A stretch of DNA of 64,000 bases from Octopus bimaculoides (lineage: Eukaryota). The notes below the pieces were generated by a model. The model was not told the origin of the DNA, ran no database searches, and saw only the letters and a list, made by a program, of their open reading frames with translations. A program made the position numbers and the translations under genes. This document shows positions 25,718 through 38,645 of this stretch, piece by piece. Numbering within the stretch: position 1 is the stretch's first letter; each line of letters opens with the position of its first letter. The stretch spans positions 39,123,251 to 39,187,250 of the forward strand of contig NC_068998.1 in NCBI RefSeq assembly GCF_001194135.2, read 5' to 3'.

Positions 25718-25990
25718 CAGGTGTAGACATGTGATTAAAAAGTTTGCTTCCTGGACAAGTGTCTTCTAATGTAACTTTGGATCAGCCAATGTGTTATGAG
25801 TGAAATTTGATAGAAACTTTACTGAAGCCAAACATATGTGTGTATCAGCTAGGGAAAAGTTTGCTTCTTCAGGTTTGAGCCTGGACAAGTGTCTTCTAAT
25901 GTAACTTCGGATCAGCCAATGTGTTATGAGTGAAATTTGATAGAAACTTTACTGAAGCCAAACATATGTGTGTATCAGCTAGGGATGATA
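25718..25990 (+). mobile_element. Degenerate family B SINE with a tandem duplication (period 130 bp)
   Basis: 25751-25855 and 25881-25985 are identical except for one base; both contain GGACAAGTGTCTTCT and TGAGTGAAATTTG family B motifs. Confidence 0.75.
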
Positions 25991-27227
25991 GAAAGAATTG
26001 ACACAACTCTGTACACTCAAATCAACTTTGCCCTGGTCCCTTACAGTAAAAAGTACCAAGCAGGATACTGGAGTTAATGCAATCAGCTAAATAAAAAAAA
26101 AGAAGAATTGAAAGTAGTGCTACAGCATGACCATAGACCTATAACTGAAACCTGTAAAATATGTATATATAACAATAATAAATCTCTGAGCAAGGTATAA
26201 ACAGTAGCTGCATGACATCGTNNNNNNNNNNGGATCCCAAAATAGTAGTAAACAAATTAATATGGACATTTTCATGTCTACTTGTGTGTATTATTGTACA
26301 TTCCTGCCATGATTTTCTTATCACTGCTTCAGCAGAAAGTACAGTGAATTCTATGCTTCTCTAAGGAGATACCATAAGACTGAAACATGTCTGGAATTGT
26401 CTCCCATACTTACATAAAACAATGAAAATAATAATAGTTATTGAGCAAATATTGTCTTTTTCACTCCCTCTCTCCTATAAACTTGATACCTGTCTTCCTG
26501 TGCTGGTGTTACAGGGAGCTTGGAACTCATCTTATTTTTTCTATTGGTAAATAATGAGATAGGTTACCTATTTAGGGCTGGTACCACAAAAATGCACTCA
26601 GTTTGTTCTCCGGGCAAATGAGCAGAGAAAGTGTAGGGTTGAGAGGTGCCTTTAATTATATTTCGCTGAGAACTATTGAACCTCCCTAGCATCATGAGAA
26701 TTTGTACTCTATACACTCTGTAAAGGAGTTGGTGATATGAAACACGTCTAGCCATAGAAATCAAGCCAAATGACATTTAAAAGCATTAATCTTTAAGAGC
26801 AGTAACTCTTAAATCACTCAGTCTGTGACAACACGTCCAACCCATGCTATAGAAAGAGATGTGAAATGCCGGACAACAACCATGATGATGACAATAACAG
26901 TGACGCATTAAACATGTTAACAGTAATTTAACTAATTCAAGAACAGACTTGAAGAACTTATCAAGCTTATCTGGAATGTATCAAAGAAAATAAATCATTT
27001 CAGATTTCTGAAAGAGCTCATTACAGAGTTTGGTATTTACATGACATTGAACTGGTTTATCTAGAAACAGCAAAATTAAAACAGAAGAGAAAATTTGACT
27101 ACTTCATTATATTTACTATGTTGTTGTTGTTTAGCCCAAGGTCTTCACTGATCAACCAGACCTGTATTCATGAGCTCTCTTGCCATGGTCACTGGTCATC
27201 TCACCTCTTAGTATAACTTAGAGTGCA

Positions 27228-27535
27228 TTCATCATCATCATCATCATCGTTTAACGTCCGCTTTCCATGCTAGCATGGGTTGGACGATTTGACTGAGGAC
27301 TGGTGAAACCAGATGGCTACACCAGGCTCCAATCTAATTTGGCAGAGTTTCTACAGCTGGATGCCCTTCCTAACGCCAACCACTCAGAGAGTGTAGTGGG
27401 TGCTTTTACGTGTCACCCGCACGAAGGCCAGTCAGGCGGTACTGGCAACGGCCACGCTCAAAATGGTGTATTCTATGTGCCACCCGCACAAGAGCCAGTC
27501 CAGGGGCACTGGCAACGATCTCGCTCGAAAATCCT
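27228..27535 (-). mobile_element. Repeat C (RTE-type 3' end), young copy cut by an N gap
   Basis: (CAT)n tail then sequence complementary to 18373-18815; stops at the gap at 27536. Confidence 0.9.
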
Positions 27536-30500
27536 NNNNNNNNNNNNNNNNNNNNNNNNNNNNNNNNNNNNNNNNNNNNNNNNNNNNNNNNNNNNNNNNN
27601 NNNNNNNNNNNNNNNNNNNNNNNNNNNNNNNNNNNNNNNNNNNNNNNNNNNNNNNNNNNNNNNNNNNNNNNNNNNNNNNNNNNNNNNNNNNNNNNNNNNN
27701 NNNNNNNNNNNNNNNNNNNNNNNNNNNNNNNNNNNNNNNNNNNNNNNNNNNNNNNNNNNNNNNNNNNNNNNNNNNNNNNNNNNNNNNNNNNNNNNNNNNN
27801 NNNNNNNNNNNNNNNNNNNNNNNNNNNNNNNNNNNNNNNNNNNNNNNNNNNNNNNNNNNNNNNNNNNNNNNNNNNNNNNNNNNNNNNNNNNNNNNNNNNN
27901 NNNNNNNNNNNNNNNNNNNNNNNNNNNNNNNNNNNNNNNNNNNNNNNNNNNNNNNNNNNNNNNNNNNNNNNNNNNNNNNNNNNNNNNNNNNNNNNNNNNN
28001 NNNNNNNNNNNNNNNNNNNNNNNNNNNNNNNNNNNNNNNNNNNNNNNNNNNNNNNNNNNNNNNNNNNNNNNNNNNNNNNNNNNNNNNNNNNNNNNNNNNN
28101 NNNNNNNNNNNNNNNNNNNNNNNNNNNNNNNNNNNNNNNNNNNNNNNNNNNNNNNNNNNNNNNNNNNNNNNNNNNNNNNNNNNNNNNNNNNNNNNNNNNN
28201 NNNNNNNNNNNNNNNNNNNNNNNNNNNNNNNNNNNNNNNNNNNNNNNNNNNNNNNNNNNNNNNNNNNNNNNNNNNNNNNNNNNNNNNNNNNNNNNNNNNN
28301 NNNNNNNNNNNNNNNNNNNNNNNNNNNNNNNNNNNNNNNNNNNNNNNNNNNNNNNNNNNNNNNNNNNNNNNNNNNNNNNNNNNNNNNNNNNNNNNNNNNN
28401 NNNNNNNNNNNNNNNNNNNNNNNNNNNNNNNNNNNNNNNNNNNNNNNNNNNNNNNNNNNNNNNNNNNNNNNTTTATTTATTTGTTTATTTATTTATTTAT
28501 TTTAATCTAATATCATCTAATCTAATCTTCATCATTAGCTTTAATTCAAAGATAAACAGGATAAAGTGGAGCCAGAGTTAGAGCCGGAGTGGAATAAGTT
28601 GGGAAGAGGAGGCGGTGGGAGGGATAAGTAAATAAATTTAAACTGAAATTGAATTAAATTTTATCTGATTAACAGAGATTAGCTGTTGAGTAATCATTGA
28701 GATGAAACAAAATATTTCATTTTTTTTTTTTTTACTTTGTTTTAAAGTAACTTTTTTATTTTATGAATTCTTTATTTATCCCTCCTACCAATATCTTTTC
28801 CTAATACTCTGCCTAATTTTATGTAAATTTAATTAGGTATTATTAATTGTCTATTAGACCTACACACACAAACATGTACATTTCTTTCTTTCTGTCTATA
28901 ATCACGCGCCCTCCTCTGAGAAAAGAAAAAAAATCTTAGCTACAGCATAACAATAACAGATTTTTATGTAGCATTTTGAAGTTTAAATGCTAAATTTAAT
29001 TTTTTTATTTTATTTCCAGCATTTTCTTTTCCTTTTTTTTTTTTTTGAAATTGAATAATCACTCGCTTTTTCTACTTCACTCATCACTCTCCCTCATTCA
29101 CTCTTTATCTCACAAACTTTCTCAATATCTTTCTTCAATCTTCCTTTTCTGCATCACCACTCGATCATGCTTTAGGTATCATTCAGAAGTTTTCTTTAAT
29201 CTTTTATCAGAAGGAATTTTTATTTACATAGAAAAGAAAAATTCTAAACAATGTGTATATTGTTTTTGTTGTTGCTGCTGTTGTTTAATCAGTAGTATTG
29301 GATAATTTTATTAGTCATGTCATTTTTAATTGTGTTTATTTAAATTAATGATTGTATATGTTTTATTCTCATTAGTCTTTTTAAAAAATTTTTTTATATT
29401 TGTTTTGTATTATTTTCCTCTCTCAGCCAAAAAATAAATAATTAAATAAGATAATTTTTTAAAGTCAGTAATTAAGGAAAAGTTGAGAGGGGGAAAAATT
29501 TTTTTTCAAATTGAGAGATTTGAATAGTTATTGATTCTGTTGTTTTTATTTGCTTCTGGGTGTGGAAGGGAGCTATGAATAAACAAGGTTGAGGCTCCGC
29601 CTTTGTCGGTTTGTTGCTAGTAGTTTTTGTTGTTTAACCTTGAATGGGCAGACTTGTGATCAAGAATATTCTTGATTATATTTTCTGATGTAGTACAGTA
29701 GAACCCATGAAGGCACACAGCCTAGTGGTTAGATAGTTGCATTCACTATCATAAGCTCATAGGTTCAGTTTTTGGACCAGGCAGCACTTGTACAAGGCAT
29801 TTTATTTCATATTGTTCCAGTCTATTAAAATGTGTTGTCTGCTACAGAGTGCCACCATGCAGACTTCTCGTCTCAAATCTTGCCAATGCAACGTGCCAGT
29901 GGTTCTTGATCACTGATAAAAGCAGTTGAAGCTGATAAAAATTGGCTGATGAATACAGTGGAAGCCATTTATAATTACAAATAAGGTTATCTACTGATTA
30001 TTTAGTGGGTCCTAAACTCTTATTTACTTAATGTTATCAGCTGGTTATTGTTATCAAAAAAGGTTTAATCCGAAAGTGATCACAGTAAGCAGTTTCCACT
30101 GTATATCTAGGACTACACTATTCAATGTATTTTGCCTTTTTTTTTTTTTTTAGATGTGGGGTATGATTCAGTAGAGATTTGACTGCTATTTCTATTAGGT
30201 CTTGCTATGATGAAGCATTGAAGCATTGTATTTCATCTGTTATACTGTTACGGATATGCTCAAATACCATTATTTTATCCATTGATTATCTAAAATATCG
30301 TAGTTTTGTTGATTTTAATTTCTATGCCACCTCATATAAATTGGTGAACCTATCAAATAAATATTAAGTCTCTCTCTTTTTGTAAGATCTCCTACTCTAT
30401 CTTCTGTTACTGGTCTTAAAAGAAGCAGCTTCACTAATTCATTACTAAAATGTTTCTTAGTAATTTCTATGATTCTCTTTTTTTTTTTCTTTTTAAACCT

Positions 30501-30717
30501 TTTTCTGTTAATAGTTAAGTCACTAATTTCTTTGTTGCAGGGAAGTGATTGTATTTTGAACTTGGTTGTTGTAAACCTGTGAAAGTGAATGATCTTTATG
30601 GTCAAGAGATAATTTGCTGCATGTAATTCTCATGTAATTCTGGAATTTATATATGCTAATATTGAACAGTGAGAATTGGTGCTCAACACTGCATTGGTGG
30701 ATATATATTCTTTATTT

Positions 30718-30807
30718 GTGAGTTAACAAGGCTACCATTGGTTTCATATTGCAGGCTTGATAATTTCTGAGAATTCTCACCATGAAACCAATAGTAGCAT
30801 TGTTAAT

Positions 30808-30811
<4 letters not shown>
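30718..30811. repeat. 94-bp inverted repeat (30-bp arms, 27/30 match, 34-nt loop)
   Basis: GTGAGTTAACAAGGCTACCATTGGTTTCAT versus ATGAAACCAATAGTAGCATTGTTAATTCAC; the left arm also occurs alone at ~21030-21065. Confidence 0.85.
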
Positions 30812-30845
<34 letters not shown>

Positions 30846-31520
30846 CATTTACTCATCTTCTTATTAAAATTTTTGGACAAAATCCTTATCAGTGGAATTG
30901 TTCCGAGCATAATTCGGTAAAACAAAATGTCATCGATAGAAAACATCATGTATGAGGTATTTGTAAGATCTTGGTGAGGCAAACTTATACAATGAATGTA
31001 GAGGGCTACAGGAGTGTGATGTTATATAGAGTGAATGTTGTAGACCACAGATGTGTGACTGAAGAATGAGTTGAAATAGGTTTGTTAGATGTGTCGTGAT
31101 AAATTATGAAAGATGCTTAAGTACACTGGAATTGATAAATCTATTGGATATCAAAGTTACTGGCAGTAATGAATAATAGAGTTTGAGGTGATTGTTGGTA
31201 TGGAAATGTGAGATTAACAGATGACAGATGACGTATGACAAATTTGAAATTGTTGTGAGAAAGACTTTTGAAAGAAAGTGTTGAAAATGCCAGGATTTTG
31301 AAGGAAAGTGTTAAGAGGAAATTCAGGAAAAAATTTTGTGAGAAACACTTTGGGAAGAAGTGCCACGAGAAAGACTTTGAAACAAAGTGTGTGAGGACAA
31401 CTTAGGAAAGCACAGTTAACCATACTTTAGAATATTTACATATTCTGAAACTTACTGATGTGCATACACATACACACAGTTATAACATATGCACATATAC
31501 CGGTGTATTAACATTTACAC

Positions 31521-31573
<53 letters not shown>

Positions 31574-31746
31574 GTTTTAGGGAAAAGAACCAAGTTTCAA
31601 GAACTCATCGATGAAAATCCACTATGACATATAGAAAAATTAATAATTAAAAGCACAATAAATGAGTATAATATAAAACAAAGTAAATATCATAAGATAA
31701 AGATAGTAATTGAGTTTTTACCTGTAATTTGGGATTTTGTCCCTAA

Positions 31747-31778
<32 letters not shown>

Positions 31779-32235
31779 TGCACTCACATTTGTGTTAACA
31801 GAAAGACATATAAACGTGCACTCACAAACATACACCATGTAGACATATATTGATGTACTGTACTGGTATAATAAATACATGCACACGTGTTAAATATTGA
31901 TTATGTCACACAGGCATTTATACACAACACATGCACACACAAATACATATCATCAACTAGAAAGATAACTAAAAATAGATAAATAACCAGTAAGTTCCAA
32001 AGACCAAACTCATATCCGTATCAGTGACATCTCATTTGACACTGTTTCTATAGTGATAACCTTACAAGTGCAGTAGGCAATTTCATATCTCCCACATTAT
32101 CATCATCATCATCATCATCATTTGTGTATTATTACATTCTGTTCCAATAACACTGAATGCACTGATGGGTTTTATCAAATATTTCGCTTTTTCTTCATTT
32201 ATTTATTAATTTTTTTTTTTTAATAATTTTGACAG

Positions 32236-32259
32236 GATTATGTATTGTACAGAGAGCAG
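32236..32259 (+). CDS. SH3BGRL: Candidate 24-nt micro-exon (DYVLYREQ)
   Basis: Long T-rich tract plus GACAG acceptor; CAG|GTAAAT donor; phase 0-0 and stop-free. Splice signals only, no homology evidence. Confidence 0.55.
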
Positions 32260-32472
32260 GTAAATTATTCTGTCTTCAGAGTGTTCTGTTTTTCTTCCTT
32301 AGAACAGTGTACTACTCTTCTGTCTACCTTTGTAGGTGTGCATATGGGATATAAATGCATTGTATGTGTGTGTGTATATATTTATATTTATAGTACATGT
32401 AAAGCATACATATGGTATGCATCAGAGCATACTCCCTAATATATGTATATATATATATATAGCACATGCAAA

Positions 32473-32521
<49 letters not shown>

Positions 32522-34187
32522 NNNNNNNNNNNNNNNNNNNNNNNNNNNNNNNNNNNNNNNNNNNNNNNNNNNNNNNNNNNNNNNNNNNNNNNNNNNNNNN
32601 NNNNNNNNNNNNNNNNNNNNNNNNNNNNNNNNNNNNNNNNNNNNNNNNNNNNNNNNNNNNNNNNNNNNNNNNNNNNNNNNNNNNNNNNNNNNNNNNNNNN
32701 NNNNNNNNNNNNNNNNNNNNNNNNNNNNNNNNNNNNNNNNNNNNNNNNNNNNNNNNNNNNNNNNNNNNNNNNNNNNNNNNNNNNNNNNNNNNNNNNNNNN
32801 NNNNNNNNNNNNNNNNNNNNNNNNNNNNNNNNNNNNNNNNNNNNNNNNNNNNNNNNNNNNNNNNNNNNNNNNNNNNNNNNNNNNNNNNNNNNNNNNNNNN
32901 NNNNNNNNNNNNNNNNNNNNNNNNNNNNNNNNNNNNNNNNNNNNNNNNNNNNNNNNNNNNNNNNNNNNNNNNNNNNNNNNNNNNNNNNNNNNNNNNNNNN
33001 NNNNNNNNNNNNNNNNNNNNNNNNNNNNNNNNNNNNNNNNNNNNNNNNNNNNNNNNNNNNNNNNNNNNNNNNNNNNNNNNNNNNNNNNNNNNNNNNNNNN
33101 NNNNNNNNNNNNNNNNNNNNNNNNNNNNNNNNNNNNNNNNNNNNNNNNNNNNNNNNNNNNNNNNNNNNNNNNNNNNNNNNNNNNNNNNNNNNNNNNNNNN
33201 NNNNNNNNNNNNNNNNNNNNNNNNNNNNNNNNNNNNNNNNNNNNNNNNNNNNNNNNNNNNNNNNNNNNNNNNNNNNNNNNNNNNNNNNNNNNNNNNNNNN
33301 NNNNNNNNNNNNNNNNCCCCCCACCCACCTTGGAGTTTTCTGTCACTTAACTTGATAAAAGACAGATGAAGCAGAATGTTAAATAATTATATTAATGTTG
33401 GCAGATCTGTTGATCAAGTTATCTTTAATAAGTTTGCTATTAGAAATATATTCATGCCAGAGAAGAAATCAAATATATGGAACTCTATTATTGAAATGTG
33501 AAGAAGTGCTATGTTTCAGTAGGGGAGTGTCTCTATGACAGCTATGGACCATTGGAGACTAGGAAACAGTTGGGTTAAACATGAGAACTTTGAATCTTCA
33601 CAGATATCACTTTAAGTGAAGATTCAAGGAAAGATGTTATTGTACATCTGACCAGTCTATGACAGAATTAGTAGATGAACATTAAATTGATGATGTTTTG
33701 TCAATGAGTAGCAGCTGATTTATTTGTTTTCTTTTCTAAGAGAGAGAGAGAGAGAGAGAAGAAGAAGAAGAAGAAAAAAGAGAAAGGAGAGAAAGAATGA
33801 GATAGTTCTTACATTTTTCCTTATTTGCTAATTCTTTTTTATTGTACCATGTATTGTATTGTATCATGGTCACCATCACCACAATGTTAGCATTGTCAAT
33901 GTCTTTCCATTTTGTGAACATATTGCAATTTCAAGAACTTATGGTGAACTTTTCCAATATCCAACTACCTTTTCTAAACAGTGTAATTTATTCAACTTAA
34001 TTTGGTCTTTGTTTTATGTGTTTAATCAAAGGAGATGGGGTAGTGCCTATGGCCTTTTCAGGTCCTCCCAGGCTGGTGGCATTGGTGCAGCTGAGGCCCA
34101 GTTTAAACATCTGTTGGTCAATGTTAGAATCATAAACATGAATAAGGATGTAACCAAAGGTCTAATAGAAATGTTTACAGTAGAGTA

Positions 34188-34480
34188 AAACTCACTCTTT
34201 TACTTGTTTCAGTCATTTGACTGCGGCCATGCTGGAGCACCGCCTTTAGTGGAGAAAATCGACCCCAGGACTTATTCTTTGTAAGCCTAGTACTTATTCT
34301 ATCGGTCAAACCTCTAAGTTACGGGGACGTAAACACACCAGCATCAGTTGTCAAGCGATGTTGGGGGGGGGGGACAAACACACATACATATATATATACA
34401 TATACATATATACGACGGGCTTCTTTCAGTTTCTGTCTACCAAATCCACTCACAAGGCTTTGGTCGGCCCGAGGCTACAG
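34188..34480 (-). mobile_element. Family B SINE, young copy cut by an N gap
   Basis: Near-identical to 38243-38645 up to the gap at 34481. Confidence 0.88.
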
Positions 34481-34970
34481 NNNNNNNNNNNNNNNNNNNN
34501 NNNNNNNNNNNNNNNNNNNNNNNNNNNNNNNNNNNNNNNNNNNNNNNNNNNNNNNNNNNNNNNNNNNNNNNNNNNNNNNNNNNNNNNNNNNNNNNNNNNN
34601 NNNNNNNNNNNNNNNNNNNNNNNNNNNNNNNNNNNNNNNNNNNNNNNNNNNNNNNNNNNNNNNNNNNNNNNNNNNNNNNNNNNNNNNNNNNNNNNNNNNN
34701 NNNNNNNNNNNNNNNNNNNNNNNNNNNNNNNNNNNNNNNNNNNNNNNNNNNNNNNNNNNNNNNNNNNNNNNNNNNNNNNNNNNNNNNNNNNNNNNNNNNN
34801 NNNNNNNNNNNNNNNNNNNNNNNNNNNNNNNNNNNNNNNNNNNNNNNNNNNNNNNNNNNNNNNNNNNNNNNNNNNNNNNNNNNNNNNNNNNNNNNNNNNN
34901 NNNNNNNNNNNNNNNNNNNNNNNNNNNNNNNNNNNNNNNATACACACACACACACACACACATATGTATG

Positions 34971-35022
<52 letters not shown>

Positions 35023-35098
35023 TATATATTTATGTACACATACATATATACATGTTTTTGTGTGTATATATATATACATATATACACACACACACATG

Positions 35099-35142
<44 letters not shown>

Positions 35143-35144
<2 letters not shown>

Positions 35145-36485
35145 GTGTTCACAAAGTCATTAGACAAATAGAAGAATTTATTAAAGTTACAACAGAAACT
35201 GGACACTGTTGAAATGTTTACATAGTATGAATTAAATAGTGAAGTTTATACACAAATAGCTAATAAATTTCTATATTGGCCCCATTCTTCACATGAAGGA
35301 CATCTAAGCGATATTCAATTTTTGTCCCTGTCCTTCGTAATATACTTTCATCAATAGACACAATGGTAGCAGTTATTCTTTGACTTATAGTCATCCAAGT
35401 CCTTTACTTTAGTGTGGTACACGATATCTTTCATATGGCCTCACAAAATAAATAGCTAATGGATATTATATCTGGGGAATGAGAAGGCCAAGGAATCAGG
35501 TCACCTCTTCCTATCCAGCGATTTGGAAACCTTTCATTTAAGAAACCATCAACATTTATTCGCCAATGAGGCAATGCTCCATCTTACTGAAAGATGACAT
35601 TTGGATGGCACTCTTTTAGTTGTGGCACAATGTATTCTTTTAGAACATCAAGGTAAATATCAGCTGTTATTGTCTTTTCCAAAAAGCAAAATGGACCAAT
35701 ACCTTTGTTGCACAAAATCCTGTGCCACATATTGACCTTCTGACTGTCACATTTGATTTCCCTAGCAATGTGGGGATTTCCCAATCTTCAAATTCTTGCA
35801 TTATGCTTCTTAAGTTTTTCAAATACATGGAAGGTTGCTTCATCTGTAAAGCAAATGTGATCAAAGATAAAGAAATCATCTTCTGTGATTTTTTTTTGCA
35901 GGATTGTAACAGCAAATTCTTTCTGTTGTAGTTTGTCATTTACCCTAACTGTTTCCAATAATTAAATTTTATATGCATAATGCCTCAGATTCTTATGGAG
36001 CACTTTATGAATTGTTAATCTCAGTAGTTGTAGTTGAGCAACAGCAATTATGGATGGACTTAGATGGGGAACATTGACTGATGGATATGCTCAATATCTT
36101 CCGATGTTCTTGGTATTCCAGTCCTCGATTTATGTAGCACTATCCCCATTTCCATAAATTGCTTATGCCAGTTGTGAATCAATTGACATGCTGGAGCTTG
36201 TTTTCCATATTTAGCTGCGTAATTCCTTCATGTTTGTATATCTGACTTTGCTTCGATAAACCAAGACACAATATTGTGCCTTTTATTGTTGAGTTGGCAT
36301 TTTCTGAGATATAAAAACAACATTAATTGCAGTCTGAAACATAAAAGCATAACATTAGAAAAGCCATTAATATCATTAAAAACTTTAATAATAACATATT
36401 AATATGCAACAAAAATTTATCTGCCACCCCTCCTAAGGTTTTCATAATGACTTTTTGAAATTGTCCTAAGACTCTGTGGACACTG
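35143..36485 (-). mobile_element. Decayed full-length Tc1/mariner-superfamily DNA transposon
   Basis: 25-bp TIRs matching 19/25; former ATG at 36298-36300; catalytic segments CFTDEATFH, FQ*DGALPH and FPNRWIGRG...WPSHSPD; several stops and frameshifts; TA intact at the left end. Confidence 0.9.
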
Positions 36486-36504
36486 TTTACACACACGCAC
36501 ACAC

Positions 36505-36543
<39 letters not shown>

Positions 36544-37718
36544 TGTTTTTATGTCAAATTATAATAAAAACAATTATACATTAAACTGAAGAACTGTTCA
36601 ATACATTTTGTAGAGTACATATTTATACTTTTACAAGAAGAGTAGTGACAGTACCTTCGAAGTTTCATCCTGTTAGCCTTCATTCGATTGCCTGATGCAG
36701 GTTAGCAGACCAAAACTTCGAAGTTAGTGACCGCTCTTTTCGTATGATGTATAAATGTATGTATGATAAGCCACAACTACAGTGAAATATATATCTGTTG
36801 CTCATGTGGTCACTTCCAATATAATTTCGTTTGATTTAGTTCTGAAGTATATTGTTTTTTTTAACACTATACATCTTTAAAGGGATTTTTCTCACAGATG
36901 AAAAACTGCATGTTCTGGCATTTAAACAATGCACGTACATTTTATTCATAATGTTTTTCTATATATTTAAATATATGTGTATGTGTGTGGAAAGAGAGAG
37001 AGAACGAGAACAAGATAGCAGTGTTTTAATTTCCTTTTCCTTTCCTTATCTCAACTTACTGGTTTACTTTTACTTTTCCTACTAATAGTTGTTTGAAATG
37101 ATGATGAAATCTGCTGTTATTCACATATATTGAACTTCTATTTTTCTCCACAAATATACAAACACATCATTTGTTGACACTACCAAAATTCCTGACATAC
37201 CAAATGAAGCTTCTCCCTATCTTACCATCACTTATCATCTACAATACTAGCTGATTTCTTTTCGATTCTTTTTTGAAGTGAACACAGTTTATCAATTGTG
37301 TGATAGTTATTGTGTCAGACCTGAGTGTGGAGGAAAAAATCTCTAGCCATTACACATAACAATATATACTATCAGGATCCTTGCACTTCCACCTCAAGTC
37401 TGTATGAAACCTTATAAAATGTCTGGATTTGATCGCTCAATCTATCATTTTACTGCTAGAACAAAGAAAAACCAAATACACACACTTTTCATTCTCTGTT
37501 AAGATTCAGATGTTATTTGCAGAATTTTAAACAACAACCTCATATGTATTTAGTAAAAATGATTCACATTTTTTTTTCTTTTTAGTGTAGAATATGAAGT
37601 GGATTCTTCTTCATATGCTTAAGTACTCTTGCTTCTCATAAGCAAACTCTACTTATATAAATATTGTTTGTATATGAGCAGCATGTGTGTGTGTATGTAT
37701 ATATATGCAAATATGTAC

Positions 37719-37763
<45 letters not shown>

Positions 37764-38242
37764 TACACACATTCATAAAATATACACATACATTATATAT
37801 ATTTGTACATATTTGCATATTTATATATATTTATTTATTTATATGTTTACAGGATTAATATAAAGTTTTAGTGCAATTTTAATTTTTTATAACTTTAGTT
37901 CTGTATATGATGGAATTAATCTGTTGAGAACATTTAGAAACTTGATGTTTCTAGTTTATCAGTCATTCAAAATTGGCATTATTATTGTGTAGCAATTGTT
38001 TATTAAAATAACTTCTTCGTCATTTCATGAATTCATGGAAACACTACCATTTATTCAACTAAACATTGTCCTATAGCTATGAGACATATTTTTAGAACTT
38101 CAGGATTGCAACATTGTTTGTATATTTAATGATGGAGGACATGTTGAAAATTAACAATCTCAGGGCCAAATCTATTTTTAAAAAGTAAAAGTTGTGTTAT
38201 ATCCTCTCTCTTATCTTTTTCACAGATTAATCCTACCATATA

Positions 38243-38645
38243 TACTCTTTTACTCTTTTACTTGTTTCAGTCATTTGACTGCGGCCATGCTGGAGCACCG
38301 CCTTTTAGTCGAGAAAATCGACCCCAGGACTTATTCTTTGTAAGCCTAGTACTTATTCTAGCGGTCTCTTTTTGCCGAACCGCTAAGTTACGGGGACGTA
38401 AACACACCAGCATCGGTTGTCAAGCGATGTTGAGGGACAAACACAGACACAGACACACACACATACATACACCTATATATACATATATACGACGAGCTTC
38501 TTTCAGTTTTCGTCTACCAAATCCACACACAAGGCTTTGGTCGGCCCGAGGCTATAGTAGAAGACACTTGCCACGCAGTGGGACTGAACCCGGAACCATG
38601 TGGTTGGTAAGCAAGCTACTTACCACACAGTCACTCCTGCGCCTA
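38243..38645 (-). mobile_element. Family B SINE, young full-length copy
   Basis: Complete head GGCGCAGGAGTGACTGTGTGG, internal microsatellite, (AAAGAGTA)-type tail, CpGs retained. Confidence 0.92.

Noticed and set aside
30541-30570. 30-nt candidates GSDCILNLVV (30541-30570) and NIQVSEMIST (47747-47776)
   Set aside because: Poor donors (GTT|GTAAAC, ACA|GTAAAT) and no compositional support.
31230-31415. Repeated TGTGAGAAA.ACTTT motifs reading CEKxF as C2H2 zinc-finger remnants
   Set aside because: Spacing is about 20-25 nt rather than 84 nt, with no paired Cys/His; more likely a decayed tandem repeat.
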